Assembly: GCA_049999805.1 (NCBI GenBank)
Contig: JBNGIO010006030.1
Span: 1-64,000, forward strand
Direction of reading: 5' to 3'
From: Folioceros fuciformis
Taxonomy: Eukaryota
DNA length: 64,000 nucleotides
Of this stretch, positions 50,193-62,116 are shown in pieces (position 1 is the stretch's first letter; every line of letters begins with the position of its first letter). Below the pieces are notes generated by a model. It searched no databases. It was not told where the DNA came from and saw nothing but the letters and a program-made list of their open reading frames with translations. Both the position numbers and the translations under genes were made by a program.

Positions 50193-50894
50193 TCTTTCTT
50201 CAGGACTTCCGAGGAAGGCAGGGCAGATGTCGGGCCAGGGGCCATGCTGTGCCCGATGATGAGGACTTTCGGCCACCAGAAATACGTTCGACGGCCCCCA
50301 CTGTTGAGGTATGGTCGAGCAAACTTCTTCCTGGTGCAGTGCAGGCAACGTCCGGTGGCAACTCGTCCTGGCCCAAAGCAGCATGTGACTCGCTGTTTGT
50401 AGTCAGCATGCGCTGCAAAGATGGGCAGGTTGCAAACAACCCTGCCCACACTGCTGATCCAGTCTGAAACTATAAAATTTCTGCATCGTTCTCCGATGCC
50501 GATGCATTGGGGTGGAGCCAGACGAAGGTCGTGGCCGCTTTACCGTCTGTCTCCAGTGTCCTCTCGGATATCAAATTTGTGCAGCGAGGACCTTGTCTCG
50601 CAAGTTTGATTCACGACTGTCTATACCTGTCAAAGTTGTTAGAAAATAAGTGTGGAAGGAATGTGTTTTGAACGAGAAGGAATGTGTTTTGAACGAAACA
50701 AGAGGACAGGGACGTTTCCTGCCTGCCCCTCCACTACCCGAGAGGTGTTTACTTGAAGCTCATGCCTATGAAAAATGGCTTGTTTATTTCAATCTCGTAT
50801 GTATGTAAAACGGCTACCTTGTCTCAGCTGTTAACCTCATGGTACTTAGAACAATTAATCATCATGTAGGATGTTTATAACTATACTAATATGG

Positions 50895-51043
50895 ATTTAT
50901 GATTTGGAGTATGGGATTCATGATTTGGAGTATGGGATTTGTGGTTTGGGGTATGGGATTAGTGATTTGTCACATGGGATTGGTGGTTTGGGATATGGGA
51001 TTCGTGTCTTGGGGTATGGGATACTTGTTTTGGGGTATGGGAG
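50895..51043. repeat. 21-bp degenerate tandem repeat x~7 (GATTTGGAGTATGGGATTCAT)
   Basis: TATGGGAT recurs every 21 bp. Confidence 0.85.
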
Positions 51044-51199
51044 AATTCAAGTGCCTTAGGCCCTTCGAGCTATGAACTCTTTTTGATCCTTGCCTATAGT
51101 GCTTGAAGAGGCATAGTTCTTATGTTGTGATATGGAACAAATTTTAAAAGGGGGATAGGAGGTGAGTAGGAGGAGAGAGGGTGTTGGAGGCAGGAGAAG

Positions 51200-51485
51200 G
51201 AAGACACCCAGCGGCAAGTTTTCAAGAGAAGACAACAAGTGAAGAAACCCAGTGGCAAGTTTTCAAGAGAAGACAACAAGTGAAGAAACCCAGCTTTCAA
51301 GAGAAGACAACAAGTGAAGAAACCCAGCGACAAGTTTTCAAGAGAAGACAACAAGTGAAGAAACCTAGCGGCAAGTTTTCAAGAGAAGACAACAAGTGAA
51401 GAAACCCAGCGGCAAGTTTTCAAGAGAAGACAACAAGTGAAGAAATCCAGTGGCAAGTTTTCAAGCGAAGACAACAAGTGAAGAA
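51200..51485. repeat. 41-bp tandem repeat x~7 (GAAGAAACCCAGCGGCAAGTTTTCAAGAGAAGACAACAAGT)
   Basis: Head-to-tail copies, one carrying an internal deletion. Confidence 0.93.
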
Positions 51486-51789
51486 TTCCACCACATTGAT
51501 AAGCCCATGTAATATCTTTGAAAGCTAGAGGAAGTAAGTGGGAAACCATAGAGAACTTGGAAGCTAGTCAACAACATTGAACCATGTTTGGCCATATTGC
51601 AACATAGGGGAAATCTCTCTTAAGGATGAGGAGAAGGAGGAAAAGGTGATGGATTTTGTGGACAATTTCATTGCAAAGGATGTACAAAGCAAAGATGATG
51701 AGACTTAGCAGTTTTGTTTCACAATGTGTCCAATCAGGCCAATGTGTCCAATCAGGCCATTGAAGGATTTAGCAGATGTATTTGATAGT

Positions 51790-52060
51790 ATGTCCAATTA
51801 GGTCATTGAAGGACTGTAGAAAGTTGAGCAGCAAATGAAGCCTATGTCCAATTAGGCCATAGAAGGATTGTAGAAAGTTGAGCAGCAAATGAAGCCTATG
51901 TCCAATTAGGCCATTGAAGGATTGTAGAAAGTTGAGCAGCAAATGAAGCCTATGTCCNNNNNNNNNNCCATTGAAGGATTGTAGAAAGTTGAGCAGCAAA
52001 TGAAGCCTATGTCCAATTAGACCATTGAAGGATTGTAGAAAGTTGAGCAGCAAATGAAGC
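51790..52060. repeat. 54-bp tandem repeat x~5 with a 10-N gap
   Basis: Unit ATGTCCAATTAGGCCATTGAAGGATTGTAGAAAGTTGAGCAGCAAATGAAGCCT; Ns at 51958-51967. Confidence 0.92.
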
Positions 52061-52497
52061 AATTCACTTACTGGGACTTAGAAAAGATTGAGTTGGGCTC
52101 TTTGAAAGAGAACAAAACAACAAACATGTTTCCTTCAAACCACAATCCACTAACGAGACTTAATAATGAAGGGTTGCCTAAGGAAGGCAAATGCTCGACC
52201 GAGTAATCTTAGGGTTTGATGTGCCATGGACAGGTCCGGGTGCTTCATGGGACATTGATCGTCCCGGCTCGGAAAGGTTTGTACCTGCGGTTCGGGAAGT
52301 TAAACAAGTCACACAGTGTGGGTGGGCCGGCGTCCGGCGTGGTTCACACTGGCGGAAATTGACCATCTTGTATTTGGAGCTTTATTTGCTCATTTAAAAC
52401 TGGCGCAATCGCAAAAGGCGAAAAAAGGTATGGTTTTGGCCCATTATTCCAGGTCTCCTCCTCCTGCCTTTGCGTGCTGGTCTCGCCGTTTCTTCTT

Positions 52498-53403
52498 TCA
52501 CACAGCGGAGGCAAAAAAGAAGGATTTGCTCGTCCAGGGATAGCTGTTGTTTGGGCCCGCTTTCTGCCGGTCCCCTCCACTGTCCGGCTCCGGCTCCTCC
52601 ACAAGGAAGTCGCCGAATGTTTCCTTCAAGAGCTTCACCAGACGAAGGGCTTTTCCTGGGTCTTGTACCATCACGCCGTCAATTTTGGCCTGAAAACGTT
52701 TCACCATCTCAACACTGAGCGTTTCCTGGTACGCAGTTGTCTTGGATCTGAGCTCGTGGTATTCGTCGCGAACTTTGTTGTAGTCCAGGAGCCAGGCGTG
52801 GCTTTTCTGCGTTCTATACTGCATCGTCTCCAATTCCAGTTGGATTTCTTCCAACCTGTCCTCCAATTCTGCGACGGCCTCGGCGGAGTTGGCAGCCTCT
52901 TCTCTCAGCTTGTCCGTGAAGGTCTTCTTCATCCAGAGCTGCCGGTTGTACTGTCGCTCGGTTTCCTGGAGCTCTTCCTGGGCCGTCTCCATTGCCACCC
53001 TCATTTTCTGTAGAGCTTCAGCCATGTCTCTAATTCTGTCCTTCTGCTGCTCTTGCTCGTTCTTGTTGGCCCACAAGCCCTCGCTGATGGAGGCAACATC
53101 TTTCTTGAGCGCCAGGATCTTCCAAAATGCGGTGACGGTGGTTTTGGCTCCCAAGTCCATTGCGCCTTGGAGGGTCTTCAAACTCGCATTTGCGTTTTGC
53201 AGGCTTTCAATCATTGTTGCCGCTTTCCACTTGAAGCCGCTCGGGTACGAACCTTGCGGATCAACCTTCCACTGAGTGTTAAACAACTGATCTAATGCTG
53301 CACGTTCACTCGCTGGCATCGGCTGTACCTCGCCTCCTGGGTGCTCCGACGAAGCGTTTGGTGCGGCCCGTTGGTCCACCTTTTTGTCTCCCAATGCCTC
53401 CAT
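52498..53403 (-). CDS. Uncharacterised coiled-coil protein, possibly transposon-borne
   Basis: ~300-aa intronless ORF rich in E/Q/K/L heptads; no recognised domain. Confidence 0.45.
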   Translation of the reverse strand: MEALGDKKVDQRAAPNASSEHPGGEVQPMPASERAALDQLFNTQWKVDPQGSYPSGFKWKAATMIESLQNANASLKTLQGAMDLGAKTTVTAFWKILALKKDVASISEGLWANKNEQEQQKDRIRDMAEALQKMRVAMETAQEELQETERQYNRQLWMKKTFTDKLREEAANSAEAVAELEDRLEEIQLELETMQYRTQKSHAWLLDYNKVRDEYHELRSKTTAYQETLSVEMVKRFQAKIDGVMVQDPGKALRLVKLLKETFGDFLVEEPEPDSGGDRQKAGPNNSYPWTSKSFFFASAV

Positions 53404-54198
53404 CTCAGCGTGTGTAAGAATTGCGGAAATGTAAAAACACAATGCAGCGGAGAAAGTGAAAACACGGGGCAGAAGAGTGTTCGCCGATATCGCTCTCTTA
53501 CAGCAATCGGAAACAAGAGCAAAAGCAAGAATCAGGCTGAAAGTGGTCGGCAGGACAGGAAAAGGGGAAGGGTATTTGTATTCGGAGGTGGGAGAGGGGA
53601 GGACGCTTTAATGGAGTTTTCAAGATTATTCTACCTTAATCTGTCCATCTTCCCATTCCCAGCTCGCGTAATTGCAGCGAGCTGGAACGATTGAGATGCC
53701 AACCTCGTCCGAGTTTTTGTGGGATAGGATTCTGCTCAAACGAATGGAGCATGCATCCTCCTTATTGATTGATTTGATAGTTGGGGTGGTTCAACTTCCA
53801 TCCCACTCAATCCAATAAAGAAGCAACTTCTTCTTGGATTGTACTACACAAGGTAGTCCACACATGTGCATACAATGCACGAATTAGAGACACACGTACA
53901 TGACGATCATACTCGCTGTGCAAAGAACGACGTTGCCGGGTCATCGACAACCGTCGACTCAAGAGACCATAATGGCGGAGAGAGCAGGAAGGGTGGCGAT
54001 CAACGTGCAGCTTGGCAGCCATCCAGTTCTGTTATTTCTCGAGATTCAAAGGGCTTCTCTTGTGCGAGAGCGACGATGTGGAAGGAAGGTGGGCTGCTAG
54101 GCACGAATCACGATTTCCTTCGTGTTTGCCTGCCTTCACGGAATCCAATTGCCTTCAGGTTTTTGGGCTGGGCTGGCTTGGAGTAGCGGTACCGAGGT

Positions 54199-55488
54199 CT
54201 AGTTTATGGCGGAGCAGTCCCTCCGTATCTCCCCCTGAGAACCCGTGAGCACTCCGATGGCCCCCATCTTGGTGATGGCGGCAACGAAAGCGTCGAAAAA
54301 TTTGGGGGTTCTTTTGGAGAAGGCGCGGACCAAGGCCCTGGTTCTGTCGTCCGTGAAGAGCACCTGGTCCGAGAAGAGCAGGCCCTTTCCTCCCACCAGA
54401 TTGGCGTAGTAAGCCTTGTCGAACTTGAAGTTGGTGGTCACGTCCAGGGGCACCACTTGCCCGGGATCACCCGCCTTGGGGCAGACCTGCTTCAGGTCGT
54501 TGGCGAAGGCGGTGTTCATGCTGGGATCGGTGGCTGCGCTCGAGCTGAAGCTGTACAGCCGCGTGGAGAAGGAATCGCAATGCGAGAACCCGATGGTGTG
54601 CGCACCTGCGACATCGACATCGCATTTCTCCGTTCACGCCAGCTTCCTACGACGGTCTACAACACAAGTGCGAGTGCTTGATTACGATAACCCGGACGTT
54701 AAGTCACCTGAGAGAGCAACCATGTCGTCCTGCGAGAGGCCTTTGGAGGCGAAGCTGGCCACCAGCTTGTCCACGTCGAAGTCCGCCCCCGGGAGATTGG
54801 CAACAGCCTCAGACGCCAGGGACACCCTCCCGTCCCTCCGCCCCTTCTGTACCTGCCAGGTCGGCCCACCCACCTGAAGAACCAACCACGGAGACGATCG
54901 ATGTCACGAACCAGCGCGATTCGCCACCACCCACTTCCTACAACAGCCGGGAAATCCGATTCCTCACCAAGCCCACGAAATCTCTTGCCGCAATTGCCAG
55001 CAGGTCCGCACACGACACCACTCCGGGGCACTTGGCCTCCACCGCCTTCTTGGCCTGCACGACGGAGTCGAACGCGTCCCCGGCCAGTGACAGATTGGGC
55101 TGCGCATCCCTCTCCGCCACGTTGCTTCCGCGCGACGATATGAGCACGGAGCCATCACACCCCTGCCAACCCAACACTAGGACGTAAATTCATTCAGTTC
55201 ACGTCACACTTCCCCACAAAACACCGCACGCCAGACGTCGTCACGCTCACGCACTCGCACGAAGCAGTCGTGAAAGAAGAGGCGCAGCGTCGCCGGGGGC
55301 GCAATCTGCGATGCCGCGAACTTGTCCTTCACCACTCCCAGAACGATGGCCTCCACATCGGGGCACGTCTTGGCGTAGAAATCCACCGACAGCTGCCCTG
55401 CCACGCCCCAAATTCCCCCCGATCCTCCGCCCGGAAGAAGCGTTCCCCACACCAGCAGCACCAGCAGCGTCGCAAACCGGGCCGCCAT
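54199..55488 (-). CDS. Class III secretory peroxidase, 4 exons
   Basis: Signal peptide, [63 protein letters not shown]. Confidence 0.96.
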
Positions 55489-58399
55489 CCCACCACACTC
55501 CGTCTCCTCGTTCGCTCTCTGCGTCTCCGACCCTGGTCGCATTCCGTGAACCCAAGGTCCCTGAAAAGCACCGGGCCCGGATCCCGAGGAGAAGCGGGCC
55601 AACACGAGAATAATCACAACGAGCAGCCGCCACCAGCAGCAGGCTACATACCCGGGCCCCGCTCCCGAGGTAGGCCTGTCCTTACGCCCCCCTGTAGACA
55701 GTGACACGCAAGGCGGCAGTTGCTACGCCCCCAGGAACGCCGACACGGAGGTGCTGATCTCACCACACGACAGTGTGGAAAGAAGAATTGTATCAACAAT
55801 CCGGACAATTTGGATGTGCATGGCTGTCCGGCAGCGGCAACAGAATATGGCCATGCCACAAGTGCCGCGCCGCCGCGCGCTGCACTCCCATTGCACTAGG
55901 CGGGAAACCGGCATTACACTCCCTGGCTATCTCCATCTCCTCCGAGCTCTCAGCTGGACAGGACTGCGACAATTTCGTCTGCTCGTGGAGATAGGCAGAG
56001 GCCGGTGGAGAGTGACCTCAGACTGGGAGACGTCTCTTGACCGTCACGCTCTCTCCTGTATTGCGGCACTTGTTCTGTACTGTTTGCCGCTAGAGGCCAA
56101 ATGGGGTTGGCGGTCCAGATGGCTAAAATATTCACGGCAATTACTGGCTTGCGCGTGTGCTGGTAGATGACGTCGCCTTCGTTTCTTCTTCCATCCGTTC
56201 CCGAGGTGGCCCCGCTTGAAGACGGGTTCTTCCTCTTGGAGGGAGGCCATGGCTTTGGTGTCGCTCTTATCGCGCTCCTCTCCTCGTCAGCTGCGATGTT
56301 TATCTGTTCTCCAGCTGGGGAAAGAGATGGTGCATGCGGGCGGGGCTACCGGGAGGCGTGCTTGGTTTCTCGCCTGATCCCGCGGAGCAGCTTCTTCGTC
56401 GCGGCTTGCTCCCAGTGCAGATCGTAGTCCCTGCCTGCAACGAAAGTGTAGCAAAACAGAGCAATGGCGTCAGGAGATACGTTGTCCACGTGGGGAAAGA
56501 GGAGTGGAGTTGATGCTACGTATGTACGTTAACCCTGCAAAAATTGGATGGAACCTTTCGATCGGCACGGGTACTTTGGCTTGAAGCTGTGGTGGCGGCC
56601 GGAGGGGCTCCTACAATTTGAACCTTCGTTTCCGTGGTCTGACGGATTTCCGTGGGGGTGCAGCGTACGTGTCTGGAATCTCCTTCCGTTCTGCTGGCTC
56701 TGCGACGGCCAAGGAGTCGAGGATGTCTGGAAGGAGCGCAGCCCCGTGGATGTTTGTGAAGCCATTTAAAGTGTCGAGAATGTCATAAAGTATTCCCGCC
56801 CCTGCCGGAGACACACACTCAGGGTAATGGACTTCGTCGGAAGAAGACAACTTACCTACAAGGAGAAGGTACCAAAAGTGTCCGACGAGAATATGCCCGT
56901 CGTTTCCTCTGACCACAGGAGACTGACAACATCCTAAGGCGCAGGAGCAACACGCTCTCGGAAGAGCGTGTTTCTCATGCGTCTATCAAGGTTCTCAACT
57001 TCTGGCTGTGCCGTAGCAAGGAATAGCCAGGGCTTTGATGCAACAAGCTGCGAGATGAACGTTGGACACCGGCAAATCGGCTAGACGACCGTCTCAATCG
57101 CCTAGCTCACGTGGTCCTTGGACCTTCGATCTATGAGCTTCCTTCCCTCCTTCTGATTTGCCAGAAGCCTGAGAGTGGAAGTGACAGCACGGATGCCAGC
57201 AACTTATTCCATCTACGCAAACCATTTCTCCAAAGTAGGACATGGCCATTCTCAAAGTGAATGCACTAATGCCAGCAACTTGTTCCATCCAAGCCAGCCA
57301 CAAAACCAGACAGGAGATTGTCTTTCTTGAAGTTCGAGAAACGTCAGATTATAACAGGGATAGGATGAACCAATCAGACCATGTCCCGGGTGACTTTGAA
57401 CAATCAAGGGACAGTTGAAAATTTGAATGTGCTCACACCAAGTTAAATGTATGATTGTGCTGGCCCGACTCCACAGGGCACCAGTAAAGACAAAGTACAT
57501 ACGCTTCTTGCGATTCTCTGCAGCCACGCGGATGATGAGAGACGTTCGAAGGCCATGAACGGCAACCAGAAGCTCCTCATCCGACTCCTCACCAGAAGCT
57601 CCACAAGGGCCCTAAAATTCCTACAGACTTCGAGAGGCTTTGACGTGACCTTCTGACCCAGAGGTCTGTTCTCCAAACATTCGATTAGCGTCCATCTCCT
57701 GTATACCCCAAAACAACATTCGTGCACTTTGTAGACACACTAACATGACTGTCTAACAATACCAGTAAAGGGAAGGGAGAGAGAACCCCGTGGCACACCC
57801 CACTAACCTCCATCTCCTCCAAGCGAGACTTTTCTTCTTTGGCAAGCTGCTCGAGAGTTTCCAGCCTGTCAGAAGCACGGGCCCTCATGGCTAACACCAT
57901 TTCCTTCACTGTTTCTGATCACCATGACTGCAAGCGGAATTTTCAGTAAAACTACATGACGGGTCATTTCAGACATTTTGACAACCACAATAATAAGTCC
58001 GTGATGTTTCCTTCTCACCTTGAAGCGAGTCAGTAGCTCCCTTGCTTGGTTGCAACAACGGATAATAGCACCTAGCTTTGAGCCAAAGCAGCAACGTCCT
58101 CGTCCAATTTCTCTTTCAGATCCTGGTCTTCCTCGTTCTCCCTGGCTCTTTGTGTCTGCATGCAGCTCGTCTGTGACTTCAGAGACAGACCACTTTTCCT
58201 CTGATTCGAGATGCCAACGCAACAAGTACTTCCTCAAAGCCATTTTCTCTCCCTGTACCAAAGGCAGAAAGGAAAAATTGGGAGAAAGCAAATGACAGGC
58301 CATCCATCATGCAACTGAAAGACTACGTGACGAACGAACTTTTATCTCACCCGATACCCACTTAGCGGCTTCCTCCTGAATCTCTCTCTTAAGTATGAA

Positions 58400-59038
58400 C
58401 TACATTCCATCAGATGAGAGGGTAACTGCTTTTCCTCGCTCATCCAATCGTGAATCCGTTAAGGCTTCCGCTGAAATGGGAATGTGCTCAGATTTGTCCT
58501 CCTGCGCACTCTCCCGAACTCCTTCCCTTCCACTGTCTATCACAACTCCAGGCCGAGCCCGAAGCATTCCAAATACGTCAGACACTATAATCGCATCTGA
58601 ACCATTGTCATGCAGATTAGTCAAGGACGCCATCATCCCAGTTCCAAGTGTTCCATTATAAGCAACCTGGAGAACAGTAAGTGTAAGAGAATCCACCACC
58701 ACAACAATGCCCTTAGATGAGATCTTGTTTCCTGTTCTTCCAAAAGGCATTGCAGATCGACAGCTGAGAAGTTTGCGCTCCAGATCAGGAACATCAGAGG
58801 CCAGTCCTCCTGACCCTGAAGTGGGCCCATTGGAAGAAATGCAGAAATACCGGCGAGCATTAGGAAAGGATGCCACTGTCCCAGGATGCCCTACACATGG
58901 TGGCAGAATCCTCCTTCTACGACAATGTCCAGTGCAGCCATCCCATATGCAAATGAAACCTTCCTCACAGACAACTACAGCGGAGTCATGAGCATCCCCA
59001 GATTCCTGTCTGCTACTCACTGCCCCGTGACAAGAGAA
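58400..59038 (-). pseudogene. Fragment of a WDR7-like WD40 protein (At4g11270-like) lacking its N-terminus
   Basis: GFICIWDGCTGHCRRRRILPPCVGHP...RYFCI...VVVVDSLTLTVLQ...G.L..G match the plant WDR7-like N-terminal region. There is no own ATG context, and downstream exons are not traceable. Confidence 0.65.
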
Positions 59039-62000
59039 TCAGTGTGCTCTCGCTCTCCCCGGCGTACCACATGTCTTCGGAACGTATCCCGCCTTTTGAA
59101 GTTGTGTGCTAAGGTTGTTGAGCAACCCATATAAGGCAGGCGTCTGCCCATGTCTGAGATCATCGACAAGAAAGGTATGCACCTCCTCTTCATGCTGGAT
59201 CCAACTCAGGCCGGGCTTCTTCCAGGCGAAGGCATGCTGCCTCAACTCATGTATCTCGGATGCACGCTCCCACATGGCGACGTCGGCGTAGATATTTGAC
59301 ATAAGAACGTACGCTGCCGCATGTTTGGGTTCAACAGTGATTGCCCCGTGGAAGGCTCGCCTTCCAAGCTGCACGTTGCCGTGCTTCTGGCAGGCACCGA
59401 GCAGAGACAACCAAATGGCCAGGTCAGGCTGCATTGGCATCTGGGAGAGCAGCTCCTCTGCCCTGCTGAACATGCCGGCACGGCCCACCAAGTCCATCGC
59501 ACAGCCGTAGTGCTCTAGCTCTGCCGAGATGCCATGGACTGAGGCCATGCTGTCGAATAAGCGCAGTCCTTCGTCGACCATGCCAGCATGGCTGCAGGCA
59601 GATAAGAGTGCCAGAAACGTGACGCCGTCGGGTTTCAAACCTGCCGCACACATCCGCTCGTAGAATGGGATGGTGGCAGAGTATCCGCCCAGTCGAGCGT
59701 GGCCAGTAATAAGGGCATTCCATGCCATGAGGCCAGGCTGAGGTAAGGAGTCGAACACCTTCTGCGCATCCACCATGCTGCCACATTTGCTGTACGCGTG
59801 AATCAGCCTTGTTGTCACTGAAGGACTGGTTTCCAGTCCGTTCTCCACAATGCTCTGATGTGTGCGCACACAGATGTCCAAGGCGCCTGTATTGCTGCAA
59901 GCCTCCAGGACAGAGAGGAATGTCGCTTCATGTGACTTCACACCTGCTGCTTGCATCTCGACATACAGTTGCAAAGCCCTGTCTCCTCCTCGCTCCTGCT
60001 GAGCATAAGCAGCTATCATGGCGGTCCAGGACACTGCATCCCGGTTAGACAAGGTTTTGAACACCTGTTCTGCGTCTGTCATGCTTCCACATTTAGCATA
60101 CATGGTTACGAGAGTGTTACCGACAAAGATATCCGACCCGAAACCCATGATGACAGCATCGGCATGAACTTCCTTCCCCAGCTTAAGAGAGTCTACCCTC
60201 ACAACTTGCCCATCCACAAGTTCTGAGTGCTTTCCAGCAATCCTGCCACATGCTTGGAGAGCACTGACAAACGTCCGAGCAACAGGTCTCAGACCATGCC
60301 TTTGCATTTGCCAAAATACCTGCAAAGCCTTTTCCCCATCATCCTGCTCAGCATATGCGGCAACCATGGAATTCCACGCTGCTAGGTCGCGCTCGGCCAG
60401 TCCATCAAACACCTCTTCGGCATCCGTCGTGCTTCCGCACTTTGCATACATGCTGACCAATGCACTACCGACAAAGGCGTCTGAATCGCAACCCTTCCTG
60501 ATCGCTGCAGCATGGATTTTCCTTCCTCTTTCAAGAGACTGGATCTTTAGTTTCTGTCCATGTATAAAACCACAGTCTTCCTTTTCACCGAGGCAGCTGC
60601 ATGCTTGAAGTGCACTCACAAAGGTCCATGTGTTTGCTTCCACCCCTTCTTCCTGCATCTGCTCGTATATCTTCAACGCCCTGTCTCCTTGCTCTTGCTG
60701 GGCATATGCTGTGATCAAGGCAGTCCATGATACTACATTGTGCTGTGACAGACCATCAAAGACTTCCTGCGCATCTTTGATGCTCCCACACTTGGCATAC
60801 ATGCTGACCAAAGTGCTACCAACAAAGACGTCTGACTCGAAACCCCTTTCCCTGGCCCGACCATGAATTCTCCTGCCAATTCGCAATGACTCTACTTTCA
60901 CGTTTTCTCCGGCCACACCAGTGATTGCCTCCTTTTCAGCAAGGCTGCCGCAGGCTTGGAGGGCACTGACAAAGGTCCTAACATTTGGCTGGAACCCTTC
61001 ATCACACATTTGCCAAAAAATATGCAAAGCTTTTGCTCCTTCGCCCTGCTGAGCATAGGCAGCAAGCATCGCATTCCAGGAGACAACGTTCCTCTGGTGC
61101 AATCCCTCAAACACCTGATGGGCATTTGTGATGCTCCCACATTTCGAATACATACTCACCAAAGCATTACCAACGTAGATGTTTGACAAAAACCCACTCC
61201 TTCTAGCTTCTGCATGTAACTTTCTCCCGATTTGCAGGGATTCCACTTTCACCCCTTCACCGTCCACAAAGACACTCCCCTCTTGGTCTGCAACGCTGCC
61301 ACAAGCCTGGAGAGCACTGACGAAAGTACGAGCATCTGTTTTCACTCCTTCCTTTTGCATCTGCTGATAAATTTTCAAGGCCTCTTGTCCTTGCTCTTGC
61401 TGTGCATAGGCTGCAAGCATTGCATTCCATGACACAAGGTCACGCTGGGACAACAACCTGTCAAACGCGAGCCGAGCAGCATTCAGACTCCTGCACTGTG
61501 CATACATGCTAACCAACGCATTGCCCACATAGACGTCTGAGCCGAACCCATGTCTCACTGCATCGACATGCATCTGCTGGCCCTCTTGCAGGTCCCGTAA
61601 TCTGCTGCACGCTTTCAGCAAGGCAACAAAAGTATAGTTGTTTGGCCTTACACCCTCACTCTGCATCTGCCGGTACCACGTGAGAGCCTGCCGACTATGC
61701 CCAGCATTGCTGCACCCTGAAATGATGGCTGTCCAGGAGAAAACGGTTCTGCTGGGCAATCTTTGGAATACATCAAGTCCCTCTACAATGCCGCCACAAT
61801 TGACCAGTGTCCTGACCAGAAGCTCTCCCAGAAACCTGTTACATTCCAGCCCATGCTTTGCCAAGTGAGCGTGTACCCACTTGGCATCGGCAAGAGCCTG
61901 CTTCTTCATGCATGCCTGCAGCAGCTTCTCATACGTCCGGACGGCAGGCACAACTCCCTGCTGGTCCATGCACATTAGAGCAGCCTGCACCCCATTGGGC

Positions 62001-62116
62001 TGTCCCTCCAAGCAGACAGTCTCCACGCTTGTCACATCCGCTGTGGCAGTGGGAGTGCTGCAACGAGGCCCGGGTCTGCTGCACAGAATCAACCGTGGCA
62101 TGACCATTGCAGTCAT
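59039..62116 (-). CDS. PLS-class pentatricopeptide repeat protein with E1/E2, PG box and truncated DYW (E+ type)
   Basis: Intronless 1025 aa with P-L-S triplets (VSWNAMLAAYAQ, TFVSALQAC, ALVSMYAKCGS), EHYGCAMDLVGRAG, KKPGLSWI, and termination after GYVPKT. Confidence 0.96.
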   Translation of the reverse strand: MTAMVMPRLILCSRPGPRCSTPTATADVTSVETVCLEGQPNGVQAALMCMDQQGVVPAVRTYEKLLQACMKKQALADAKWVHAHLAKHGLECNRFLGELLVRTLVNCGGIVEGLDVFQRLPSRTVFSWTAIISGCSNAGHSRQALTWYRQMQSEGVRPNNYTFVALLKACSRLRDLQEGQQMHVDAVRHGFGSDVYVGNALVSMYAQCRSLNAARLAFDRLLSQRDLVSWNAMLAAYAQQEQGQEALKIYQQMQKEGVKTDARTFVSALQACGSVADQEGSVFVDGEGVKVESLQIGRKLHAEARRSGFLSNIYVGNALVSMYSKCGSITNAHQVFEGLHQRNVVSWNAMLAAYAQQGEGAKALHIFWQMCDEGFQPNVRTFVSALQACGSLAEKEAITGVAGENVKVESLRIGRRIHGRARERGFESDVFVGSTLVSMYAKCGSIKDAQEVFDGLSQHNVVSWTALITAYAQQEQGDRALKIYEQMQEEGVEANTWTFVSALQACSCLGEKEDCGFIHGQKLKIQSLERGRKIHAAAIRKGCDSDAFVGSALVSMYAKCGSTTDAEEVFDGLAERDLAAWNSMVAAYAEQDDGEKALQVFWQMQRHGLRPVARTFVSALQACGRIAGKHSELVDGQVVRVDSLKLGKEVHADAVIMGFGSDIFVGNTLVTMYAKCGSMTDAEQVFKTLSNRDAVSWTAMIAAYAQQERGGDRALQLYVEMQAAGVKSHEATFLSVLEACSNTGALDICVRTHQSIVENGLETSPSVTTRLIHAYSKCGSMVDAQKVFDSLPQPGLMAWNALITGHARLGGYSATIPFYERMCAAGLKPDGVTFLALLSACSHAGMVDEGLRLFDSMASVHGISAELEHYGCAMDLVGRAGMFSRAEELLSQMPMQPDLAIWLSLLGACQKHGNVQLGRRAFHGAITVEPKHAAAYVLMSNIYADVAMWERASEIHELRQHAFAWKKPGLSWIQHEEEVHTFLVDDLRHGQTPALYGLLNNLSTQLQKAGYVPKTCGTPGRARAH

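Noticed and set aside
56167-58303. Continuation of the WDR7-like gene or another gene
   Set aside because: Fragmented frames without motifs I could confidently match.
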